This document shows, in pieces, positions 22,713-31,239 of a stretch of DNA of 64,000 nt. Within the stretch, counting starts at the first letter, position 1, and each line of letters starts with the position of its first letter. A model generated the notes under the pieces. The model was given only the letters and a program-made list of their open reading frames with translations, was not told the DNA's origin and searched no databases. A program made the translations under genes and the position numbers. Origin of the DNA: an uncultured delta proteobacterium (GTDB taxonomy: Bacteria; Desulfobacterota; BSN033; UBA1163); NCBI GenBank assembly GCA_963827685.1, contig CAWHBU010000003.1, forward strand, positions 416,001-480,000, written 5' to 3'.

Positions 22713-23084
22713 ATGAAGAAGCTGCTCATTTTCACCATTGTGCTTACCCTCGCCCTTGCAACCCTCGCCCTCGCCGATAAAACCAGGATGACTGCAAAGG
22801 TTGGAGACGAACTCTACGTCTGTGGCTGCGGTGAAGGTTGTCCATGTGACACGATGTCAAGAAACCCTGGCCAGTGTACATGTGGCAAAGACCTGGTAAA
22901 AACAAAGGTGACGAAGGTTGAGAAGGGAAAAATTACAGTGGAGTCAAGGAAAAAGCCTTTCGTGAGTGTCGCTAAATACGTCTGCGATTGCGGACCTGAG
23001 TGTAAATGCGACACCATCAGCCAGAATCCAGGTAACTGCACTTGCGGCAAAAAGATGGTGGAGGTAAAAGCAATGGCTAAATAA
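22713..23084 (+). CDS. Secreted Cys-rich metal-binding-like protein with two internal repeats
   Basis: AGGAGG RBS, signal peptide, two YVCxCGxxCxCDTxSxNPGxCTCGK repeats. Confidence 0.8.
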   Translation: MKKLLIFTIVLTLALATLALADKTRMTAKVGDELYVCGCGEGCPCDTMSRNPGQCTCGKDLVKTKVTKVEKGKITVESRKKPFVSVAKYVCDCGPECKCDTISQNPGNCTCGKKMVEVKAMAK

Positions 23085-23122
23085 GTAACAAAGTTTTGTC
23101 CGGCAGTTAAGTATTTAGATTT

Positions 23123-23166
23123 GAAACAGGCAGGGTTTCAGAGTTCAAAACCCGCCTGTTTTTTTG
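23123..23166 (+). terminator. Intrinsic terminator
   Basis: AAACAGGCAGGGTTT...AAACCCGCCTGTTT plus T-run. Confidence 0.8.
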
Positions 23167-23351
23167 TTTACAGGAAGATGGAACGACCCAAAGAGATCTC
23201 AGAAAGTATAACCTGCCGAAAGGATATGGTATTTTTTGAGGAAACGCCGCCTTTGCGATGATCAGCTATTCTACGGATTTGGGTAAGAAAGTCAGGAAAT
23301 TTTCAGGTAAAATATAATTGATTTTTTTGTATTTTTAGTGTATATTTATTT

Positions 23352-24530
23352 ATGTTGATTCAAAAAGGGAAAATGGTCTTCAAAGTGTCGAAACCCCGCC
23401 TTTCTCTTTTTTTCGTTCTCTTCTTTTTTCTTCTTTTTTTTCTTTTTGCCTGTTCTACGCCCTCTTGGTTTCCGATTAAAAAGGGGTCCCCTAACAAGGC
23501 AAAAATGAAAGAATTGCTGGATAAAGAGGTGACCATTATTGATGAGGAAGAATATGTCAAGGTCTTAAACCCAAGAGCCTCTGAGGGAAAGAATGAACCC
23601 AAATACCTCTATATCCCCGTCAATCAATACCTTTCCCAGAAAGAAACCTTTACCACCCCGCCCATGCGTGCGGAGGAAGTTAAGAAAGAAGCTCCCGTTG
23701 CTTCTGCAAAACCATCGTCTTCTTTAGAGGAAGAGGCGCTTGTCGCATCTCCGTCGAAACCCACGTTTCCAGGTTTAAAGAAAAAAGTATTGATCCTTTA
23801 TTTTGATGATCGAACTACTGAAGGAGAAGAAGTGCTTGGAGACTGGGTGGCTGAAAAGCTGATGAAAGAGGTAAACCGAAGGTCTCTCCAAGTCCTCTTT
23901 GCCGACTATCAAATGATCAAAGAATTTCTTGTAAAAAAGGGATTGGATTTAAAGGATCTTGAGACACCCGAAGTCCTCAGGGTGCTCAACGAAAACTTTG
24001 GAGTTCATGCCATTGTGACTGGACAACTCTCAGGTCCTTACGTCTTCACCACCAAGACAGCGGAGGACCAAGAAGGAACGGCATCGGCCATTATCAAAAT
24101 AGACATAAGGTTGGTAGACACCTTTTCTGGTAAAACCCTTAAAAACCTATCCGCCAGTAATCCCATCTTCGCGGCCAAGGAAAAGGGTTCCTTTTCCGAA
24201 GAGAAGGCCAGAGTCAAGGCGATCGACCTCACCATTGCTTCCCTGGGACGCTCCCTTGCCAGAGAATTAGAGGGCATCGATTGGTTTTGTCGGATTGCCA
24301 AGGTAGAGGGTGAAGAAGTCTACATGAATGCCGGAAAATTAACCGGTCTTAAGGTGGGAGATGTGATGGATGTGTTTCGGCCAGACGGATCTGGAGAACG
24401 AGGAGAGGTGAAAGGCAAGATTCGAGTTTCAGCCTTCTTTGGAATCGACGCCTCAATGGGGAGGCTGGTTCAAGGGAAAAATCCCGATGTCAATGACATT
24501 TTAAAATTGGCCAAAAGCGAAGGGACCTGA
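23352..24530 (+). CDS. Lipoprotein, CsgG/FlgT-like
   Basis: Lipobox LFAC; VLILYFDDRT; C-terminal VYMNAGKLTGLKVGD beta domain. Confidence 0.65.
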   Translation: MLIQKGKMVFKVSKPRLSLFFVLFFFLLFFLFACSTPSWFPIKKGSPNKAKMKELLDKEVTIIDEEEYVKVLNPRASEGKNEPKYLYIPVNQYLSQKETFTTPPMRAEEVKKEAPVASAKPSSSLEEEALVASPSKPTFPGLKKKVLILYFDDRTTEGEEVLGDWVAEKLMKEVNRRSLQVLFADYQMIKEFLVKKGLDLKDLETPEVLRVLNENFGVHAIVTGQLSGPYVFTTKTAEDQEGTASAIIKIDIRLVDTFSGKTLKNLSASNPIFAAKEKGSFSEEKARVKAIDLTIASLGRSLARELEGIDWFCRIAKVEGEEVYMNAGKLTGLKVGDVMDVFRPDGSGERGEVKGKIRVSAFFGIDASMGRLVQGKNPDVNDILKLAKSEGT

Positions 24531-24686
24531 ATTTCCCGCATGGCTTTCCTTCTCTCTCAATAAAAAGTTCGGGTAGCCATCATTAAAACCGTCCCTTTGG
24601 GGAGTATCTTTGCGTTGTTGTAGCATCGCTCATCCCCAAATTGAAATTGTTTTTTTTCTTACTGCCAGGAAGGAGGTTTTAATTCT

Positions 24687-25169
24687 ATGTTCCAGATCGG
24701 TGATAAAGCGGTTTACCCAGGACACGGCGTTGGAATCATTGAGGCCATTGAGACCAAGCGGATCTCTGGTAAGGAACAGATCTTTTTCATCCTCCGAATT
24801 TTAGAAAACGGGATGACCATTATGATCCCCCGGGATAATGTGGAGGCGGCCAAGTTGAGAGGGGTCATTCGAAAAATTGACGTCCGGAAGGTCATCGGAA
24901 TCCTGAAGGACCGGGATGTCACCGTCGATAATCAGACCTGGAATCGGAGATACCGCGAGTATATGGAAAAAATTAACACGGGATCGATCTACGGCATTGC
25001 TGAAGTGCTCCGAGACCTCCATCTTCTCAAAGAAGAGAAAGAACTCTCCTTCGGGGAAAGGAAGATTATGGATACCGCCAAAAATCTTCTGGTGAAGGAG
25101 CTCGCCATTGCCCGGGATGTGAAAGAGACGGATATTTTGAGGGAGATCCATTCGATCTTCGGGTCATGA
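24687..25169 (+). CDS. carD: CarD family transcription factor
   Basis: FQIGDKAVYPGHGVG, TWNRRYRE, LSFGERK. Confidence 0.93.
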   Translation: MFQIGDKAVYPGHGVGIIEAIETKRISGKEQIFFILRILENGMTIMIPRDNVEAAKLRGVIRKIDVRKVIGILKDRDVTVDNQTWNRRYREYMEKINTGSIYGIAEVLRDLHLLKEEKELSFGERKIMDTAKNLLVKELAIARDVKETDILREIHSIFGS

Positions 25170-25238
25170 CCCCTCCAGAATCCCTATCATTCGTTTTCAT
25201 GGAAATGTCTTCTCATATCATCCATTCATGGAAAGGAG

Positions 25239-26300
25239 GTGAACAGTTTGGGCTCATGGATTCTTCGTATCTTATTATTCCTCATCTGCGGGATCAGCGG
25301 GTATACCTTAACCCGGGAAATTTCTCCCTCTCCGCCGAATCCCCTCTTGGGACTGATCGGCGGGCTTCTCTTGGCAGCCTTGACCCTTTTGATCGAGAAG
25401 GGATTGAAAAAAATCCCTCTAAAAAATCTTTTAGGAAGTTTTATCGGATTGATCCTCGGCATCATGGTAGCCAATTTCCTTTCTAATGTCTTTCTCTCCA
25501 ATCTCTATAACCATCAAGAAATGGTTTTCCCCCTTTTAAGTGTGCTCTACGGGGTTTGTGGATATATGGGTCTACGAGTTGGCTTTAAGAAGGGAGAAGA
25601 AATTCACCTGGCCGGTTGGAAATTCTTCTCAAAAAACGCCCCCCAAAGTGAAAAATCGAAGATTCTGGATACCAGTGTGATTATCGACGGCCGCATCGCC
25701 GACATTACAGAGACTGGATTTATAGAAGGACCGCTGATCATTCCGCAATTCATACTGAATGAACTCCAGCACATTGCTGACTCTTCAGACTCCATCAAAC
25801 GGACAAGAGGCAAGAGGGGTTTGGAAGTTCTCCACCACATTCAAAAACAGGCCACTGTGGATGTTCGAATTATGGACAGGGATTATCCTGCGGTCAAAGA
25901 GGTCGATTCAAAACTGATTGAATTGGCTAAAGAGATCCGCGGGAAGATCATCACCAATGACTCCAACCTCAATAAGGTGGCAGAGCTTCAGGGGATCGAG
26001 GTATTAAACATCAATGAGTTAGCCAATTCTATAAAACCTGTGGTCCTTCCAGGAGAGGAGATTAATGTCAAAATCCTCAAAGAAGGTAAAGAAATGGGAC
26101 AGGGGGTGGCCTATCTGGATGACGGGACGATGATTGTGGTCGACAATGGAAGGAAACAGATGGGCAAAACGATTGATGTCGTGGTCACCAGCGTTCTCCA
26201 GACCCCTGCAGGAAGAATGATCTTCGCTCGTCCTAAGGAGGAGGCAAATCGAGAAACCAAGGGGAAGGATTATTATTATCCCCTGGACAGTGAATTCTAA
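25239..26300 (+). CDS. Membrane PIN/TRAM domain protein (YacL-like)
   Basis: KILDTSVIIDGRI, GVAYLDDGTMIVV, LQTPAGRMIFA; conserved carD-yacL-ispDF-gltX-cysS order. Confidence 0.92.
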   Translation: MNSLGSWILRILLFLICGISGYTLTREISPSPPNPLLGLIGGLLLAALTLLIEKGLKKIPLKNLLGSFIGLILGIMVANFLSNVFLSNLYNHQEMVFPLLSVLYGVCGYMGLRVGFKKGEEIHLAGWKFFSKNAPQSEKSKILDTSVIIDGRIADITETGFIEGPLIIPQFILNELQHIADSSDSIKRTRGKRGLEVLHHIQKQATVDVRIMDRDYPAVKEVDSKLIELAKEIRGKIITNDSNLNKVAELQGIEVLNINELANSIKPVVLPGEEINVKILKEGKEMGQGVAYLDDGTMIVVDNGRKQMGKTIDVVVTSVLQTPAGRMIFARPKEEANRETKGKDYYYPLDSEF

Positions 26301-26389
26301 CCTGAGGTGCACCTCGAATTGGAATATTGGAATAATGGAAAGATGGCTCACCCAACATTCCTCATTCCATGGTGTCTGACTGTTGAACG

Positions 26390-27118
26390 ATGAAGGCCGA
26401 CGCAGTGATCGTCTCCGCTGGCAAGGGACTTCGCTTCATGGAAGGGCAGAAGAAACAATTCCACTTCCTGGGAGCAAAACCCATCCTCGTCCATACCCTT
26501 GATCAATTCGAAACCTGTCCTCTGATCCGATCCATTCTTCTGGTCACTGCCCAGGAGGACATGGATTACTGTCTGAAAGAAATCGTGGAAAAATATAAAT
26601 TTCAAAAAGTCTCGCAGATCGTCCCGGGCGGGAAGCGGAGGCAGGAGTCTGTAAAAAATGGAATTGACGCTCTTCCAAAGGATACCGACATTGTGGCAAT
26701 TCACGATGGCGTCCGGCCTTTCGTCACCAAAGTGATGATCGAAGATTCCATTCACTCTGCTGTACGATATGGAGCTGTGATATTAGCGATGCCGGTGAAG
26801 GACACCATTAAGGTGTCCAATCCGGATGGAACCGTTCTTAAAACGTTGGATCGGGAATCTCTCTGGCAGGTTCAGACCCCGCAAACCTTTCAGGTCAATG
26901 TGATTAAAGAGGCTTACTACAAGGCGGCAGAGGATGCGTTCATTGGGACGGATGACGCCTCTCTCGTTGAACGGTTAGGCGTGAAGGTCCATATCCTTCC
27001 GGGATCCCATACAAACATTAAAATTACCACCCCGGAAGACCTGCTGTTGGCCAATCTCTTCCTCAAGATGAATATCCTTACCCAGGAAGAACCGGCAGAA
27101 GGGACAAAAAAGAAATGA
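26390..27118 (+). CDS. ispD: MEP cytidylyltransferase
   Basis: AGKGLRF, HDGVRP, VQTPQ, TDDAS, NIKITT. Confidence 0.95.
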   Translation: MKADAVIVSAGKGLRFMEGQKKQFHFLGAKPILVHTLDQFETCPLIRSILLVTAQEDMDYCLKEIVEKYKFQKVSQIVPGGKRRQESVKNGIDALPKDTDIVAIHDGVRPFVTKVMIEDSIHSAVRYGAVILAMPVKDTIKVSNPDGTVLKTLDRESLWQVQTPQTFQVNVIKEAYYKAAEDAFIGTDDASLVERLGVKVHILPGSHTNIKITTPEDLLLANLFLKMNILTQEEPAEGTKKK

Positions 27119-27597
27119 GAGTGGGTTTTGGGTATGATGTCCATCCCTTCGTTTCAGGCCGACCGTTGATCTTGGGAGGGATAAAAATCCCTTACCTATT
27201 CGGATTGAAGGGGCATTCGGATGCGGATGTCCTCATCCATGCTATCTGCGATGCCTTGCTGGGAGCCGTTGCAGAGGGGGATATCGGAAGACATTTTCCG
27301 GACTCCGATGCTCAATACAGAGATATCAAGAGCACGATTCTTTTGAAAAAGGTGCTCACCAAGGTGAGGGAGAAAGGGTTTCGTCCAGTCAATATTGATG
27401 CCACCGTTGTCGCCCAGAAACCAAAACTCTCTGAGATCATCCCCAGAATGGTCAAAGAGATTGCGGATGTCCTGGAGATCGAGACGGAGAGAGTGAATGT
27501 AAAAGCCACCACGACAGAGGGATTGGGATTTACTGGCAGAGAAGAGGGAATCGCTGCCTATGCCGTCGTTTTGGTGGAAGAAGACCAAGCCCGTTAA
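27115..27597 (+). CDS. ispF: MECDP synthase
   Basis: GYDVH, GHSDADV, GDIGRHFP, KATTTEGLG. Confidence 0.96.
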   Translation: MRVGFGYDVHPFVSGRPLILGGIKIPYLFGLKGHSDADVLIHAICDALLGAVAEGDIGRHFPDSDAQYRDIKSTILLKKVLTKVREKGFRPVNIDATVVAQKPKLSEIIPRMVKEIADVLEIETERVNVKATTTEGLGFTGREEGIAAYAVVLVEEDQAR

Positions 27598-27640
27598 ACT
27601 TATTTATATTGGCAAATCAACACGTTCCATATATATTAAG

Positions 27641-27806
27641 TAAGCACCAAATTCCAAGCACCTGCCTTCGCCGAAGCGGCTTCGCGCAGGCAGGCCAAAA
27701 ACCAAATAAATCCCAATCTCCAATATTCTAAACTCTAAACAGGATTGTTTTGATCATTGGAAATTGAAATTTGGAATTTATTTGGGATTTGGAATTTGAG
27801 ATTTGG
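27641..27806. repeat. Inverted heptamer arrays with a nested 34-bp palindrome at 27661-27694
   Basis: AAGCACC/AAATTCC units facing GGAATTT/GGGATTT units; palindrome splits an AAGCA|CCAAA unit. Confidence 0.7.
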
Positions 27807-27826
27807 CAATAGGTGAAGGGTTCCAA

Positions 27827-29272
27827 ATGATTCCAAATGTCCGGGTTCGCTTTGCTCCTGCCCCTACCGGGCTTCTCCATATCGGAAATGCTCGGACTGC
27901 TCTTTTCAATTTTCTTTTCGCAAGACACCATCAGGGAACGTTTGTTCTTCGTATCGAAGATACGGATTTAGAGAGATCGAACGATACCTCCATGGATCGG
28001 ATCATGGAAGATCTTCAATGGCTCGGGATCTTATGGGACGAAGGTCCCGACCGGGATGGATCCGTGGGGCCTTACCGCCAATCGCAACGTATCTCCATCT
28101 ATCGTGAATGTGCCGATCGGTTATCTCAAGAGGGAAAAAGTTATAAGTGCTTCTGCTCTGAAGAAAGGCTGGAAAAGCTTAGAAAAGAACAGCTCTCGAA
28201 AGGAAAGATGCCCCGCTATGACGGAAGGTGTCGCTCCCTCTCTGTGGAAGAGATTGCCAAAATGGAATCCTCTGGTCTCCGGCCTGTTCTCCGATTTCAC
28301 GTGGGAGGAGGATCGATCCTCTTCGAAGACCTCATCCATGGGAAGATGCATTTCGATTCTGCTGGGATGGGTGATTTTATTATCGTCCGTTCGGATGGGA
28401 TGGCTGCCTATAATTTTGCCTGTGTCATTGACGACCATTTGATGCACATCACCCACGTCATTCGGGGGGAGGATCATCTCTCCAATACGCCCCGGCAGAT
28501 CCTCCTCTATCAGGCGCTGGCCTGGCAACCCCCCCTCTTCGCTCACCACCCTCTGATCCTTGGACCGGACCGGTCTCCGTTGAGCAAACGCCATGGGGCG
28601 ACAGCCGTTTCCCAATATCGGGAGGAAGGCTTTTTGCCAGAGGCCCTCGAGAATTATCTCATTCTTTTGGGCTGGACGCCTCCTTCCAGTCAAGAAACGC
28701 TCCCTTTAGAAAGAATGGTAGAGGAGTTTTCAATCCAAGACATCTCAAAAAGTGCTCCCGTTTTCAATCGTAAGAAATTGGAGTGGCTGAACAGTTTCTA
28801 CATCCGAGAGAAAGAGGAAGGACCCCTTTCCGAAATGCTGATTCCCTACCTCGAGAAGGCTGGGATACGGATGGATCACATTGATCATCAATGGCTCAAA
28901 GAAATTTCAGGGGTGTTAAAGGAAAATTTAGTCGTCCTCTCACAGGTGGAGGAATATCTGGGTATCTTTTTCGATGAACAATTCTTCTTCGAGGATGGAG
29001 CCAAAACCATACTCCAGGATCCAAAAAATCGGGAGACCCTTCGTTCAGTCCTCAGCCTGCTGGAGGGATCATCAGAAATCACATCGGGCGAACAGACCTC
29101 CCTGCTCTCTCAATTGGAAAAAAAGACGGGACAGAAAGGCAAACATCTCTACGCACCTCTTCGGGCGGCCGTTACCGGAAAGACAAAGGGGCCTGAGTTG
29201 GCAAAAACACTTCCTCTCCTCGGAAAGGAACGGATCATTCAAAGGTTGAAAATGGCATTGGAACTTTCTTAG
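27827..29272 (+). CDS. gltX: Glutamyl-tRNA synthetase
   Basis: RFAPAPTGLLHIG, RIEDTD, IRGEDH, LSKR. Confidence 0.93.
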   Translation: MIPNVRVRFAPAPTGLLHIGNARTALFNFLFARHHQGTFVLRIEDTDLERSNDTSMDRIMEDLQWLGILWDEGPDRDGSVGPYRQSQRISIYRECADRLSQEGKSYKCFCSEERLEKLRKEQLSKGKMPRYDGRCRSLSVEEIAKMESSGLRPVLRFHVGGGSILFEDLIHGKMHFDSAGMGDFIIVRSDGMAAYNFACVIDDHLMHITHVIRGEDHLSNTPRQILLYQALAWQPPLFAHHPLILGPDRSPLSKRHGATAVSQYREEGFLPEALENYLILLGWTPPSSQETLPLERMVEEFSIQDISKSAPVFNRKKLEWLNSFYIREKEEGPLSEMLIPYLEKAGIRMDHIDHQWLKEISGVLKENLVVLSQVEEYLGIFFDEQFFFEDGAKTILQDPKNRETLRSVLSLLEGSSEITSGEQTSLLSQLEKKTGQKGKHLYAPLRAAVTGKTKGPELAKTLPLLGKERIIQRLKMALELS

Positions 29273-29349
29273 AGGAATGAATATCGAAACCCGAACCAAA
29301 CATATTATGAGGAATACGTCGCCCTTGAACCATGAAAATAGGACCACTC

Positions 29350-29440
29350 CCCTCCCCCTTGACGGGGGAGGGCGTGGGTGGGGGTGTAATCACCTTAAAT
29401 CCACCCCCCACCTCAATCCTCCCCCACAAGGGGGGAGGAG
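29350..29440. repeat. Paired palindromes (CCCTCCCCCTTGACGGGGGAGGG ... CCTCCCCCACAAGGGGGGAGG), REP/MITE-like
   Basis: Two GC-rich hairpins in inverted arrangement between gltX and cysS. Confidence 0.7.
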
Positions 29441-29505
29441 GTCTTTCTTAAATTTTTCATTCCACAATCCGCATTCCGCAATCCGCAATTGATGAGGACT
29501 AATCT

Positions 29506-30981
29506 ATGACCCTTCGCATCCACAATACATTGACTGGCAAAAAAGAGGATTTCGTTCCTCTCCAAGAAAAAAAGGTGGGGATGTATGCCTGTGGGGTGAC
29601 GGTCTATGACCTCTGCCATATCGGGCACGCTCGGTCTGCGATCGTCTTCGATATCGTTCACCGCTATTTTCGATATCGTGGCTATGAGGTGACTTTTGTC
29701 CGAAACTTCACGGATATTGATGACAAGATCATCAAGCGGGCCAACGCGGAGGGCGTGGATTTCAAAACCATCGCGGAGAAATACATTGGCGAATTTAATG
29801 TCGATATGGGAGGACTGGGTTTGGAAAAACCCTCGGTGGAGCCCAAAGCTACGGAGCACATCCCGGAAATGATTCGGTTGATCTCGGCCCTCATTGAAAA
29901 AGGGTTTGCCTATCAGAGCGATGGGGATATCTTTTTCTCTGTGCGAAAATTTGAGGATTACGGAAAACTCTCGAAGAGGGCCTTAGAAGAGATGCAGGCC
30001 GGCGCCCGGGTTGAAATTGATGAAAAAAAAGAAAACCCCCTTGACTTCGCTCTCTGGAAGGCCAGTAAACCCGGGGAACCCTTTTGGGAAAGCCCCTGGG
30101 GAAAAGGAAGACCGGGCTGGCATATTGAATGTTCCGTGATGAGCCAGAAATATTTAGGGGAGACGTTTGATATCCATGGCGGGGGAAGAGATCTTATTTT
30201 CCCTCACCACGAAAATGAAATTGCTCAATCCGAAGCCGCCACAGGGAAAACCTTTGCCCGATATTGGATTCATAATGGCTTTGTCAACATCAATAAGGAA
30301 AAGATGTCCAAATCTCTCGGGAACATTTTAACCATCAAAGAAATCCTTAAAGATTGGCACCCGGAGGTCCTTCGACTTTTCTTTCTCGCTCACCATTACA
30401 GGAGTCCAATCGATTACTCGGAAGATAGCTTTTTTGAGGCTAAATCAGGACTGGACCGTTTTTATACTACGCTGAATGAAATCCAGGAAGAACTAAAGAA
30501 GCCTGTTGTCTCCCGCGCCCTCGAAAACGGGACTTCCATTCTCGAGGCGTGCCGTCAGACCATCGAATCCTTCCAGGCTCGACTTGAAGAAGCCATGGAT
30601 GACGATTTCAATACGGCGCAAGCATTAGGATATTTCTATGACCTCCAAACCCATTTAAATAGCCTGCTAAGCCTTTCAAAGGGCCAGCCAACCGAAGAGA
30701 CCGCTTCGCTTCTTAAAAAGGGCCTCGACCATTTCACCCAGAAGGGGTGGGTCTTTGGCTTATTCAGGGAGGATCCCGAGAAGTATCTGGCCCAGCAGAG
30801 AAAAGAAGGGCTGAAGAAGCTGAATCTTACGGAACAAGCCATTCTTCGATCCATCGAGGAGAGGAATTTGGCGAGGAAAGGAAAAAACTGGAAAAGAGCG
30901 GACGAGATTCGAAATGATCTTCTCTCAAAAGGAGTTGTTTTAGAGGATACCCCTTCCGGCACAAACTGGAAATTAAAATAA
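29506..30981 (+). CDS. cysS: Cysteinyl-tRNA synthetase
   Basis: CGVTVYDLCHIGH, GRPGWHIEC, KMSKSLGN. Confidence 0.97.
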   Translation: MTLRIHNTLTGKKEDFVPLQEKKVGMYACGVTVYDLCHIGHARSAIVFDIVHRYFRYRGYEVTFVRNFTDIDDKIIKRANAEGVDFKTIAEKYIGEFNVDMGGLGLEKPSVEPKATEHIPEMIRLISALIEKGFAYQSDGDIFFSVRKFEDYGKLSKRALEEMQAGARVEIDEKKENPLDFALWKASKPGEPFWESPWGKGRPGWHIECSVMSQKYLGETFDIHGGGRDLIFPHHENEIAQSEAATGKTFARYWIHNGFVNINKEKMSKSLGNILTIKEILKDWHPEVLRLFFLAHHYRSPIDYSEDSFFEAKSGLDRFYTTLNEIQEELKKPVVSRALENGTSILEACRQTIESFQARLEEAMDDDFNTAQALGYFYDLQTHLNSLLSLSKGQPTEETASLLKKGLDHFTQKGWVFGLFREDPEKYLAQQRKEGLKKLNLTEQAILRSIEERNLARKGKNWKRADEIRNDLLSKGVVLEDTPSGTNWKLK

Positions 30982-31071
30982 CCATTAACCCATCTGCCAT
31001 TACCGATTAGCTATCTGCTTACTGCTTTCTGCCTACTGCTTACTGCCATCTGCTATCGGCAATTCGCTAAT

Positions 31072-31188
31072 TTATTCCCTTTTCAACCAACGGATCAATA
31101 CGCTGACTTGCGCGGTGAGGTAGGAAACCATGATGATCAGGAGGATTAACAAAAACGTATTTGTATTGACAATCCATAAGACATTCAT
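31072..31188 (-). CDS. 38-aa single-TM small protein MNVLWIVNTNTFLLILLIIMVSYLTAQVSVLIRWLKRE
   Basis: Strong AAGGAGG RBS; hydrophobic helix; below the ORF-track cutoff. Confidence 0.55.
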   Translation of the reverse strand: MNVLWIVNTNTFLLILLIIMVSYLTAQVSVLIRWLKRE

Positions 31189-31239
31189 CTCTTCCTCCTT
31201 CTTCGTACTTTTGACCCGGTGTGAAGAGGACTCTTCTCT

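Noticed and set aside
27598-27826. tRNA between ispF and gltX
   Set aside because: No cloverleaf or T-loop motif; only heptamer arrays and a palindrome
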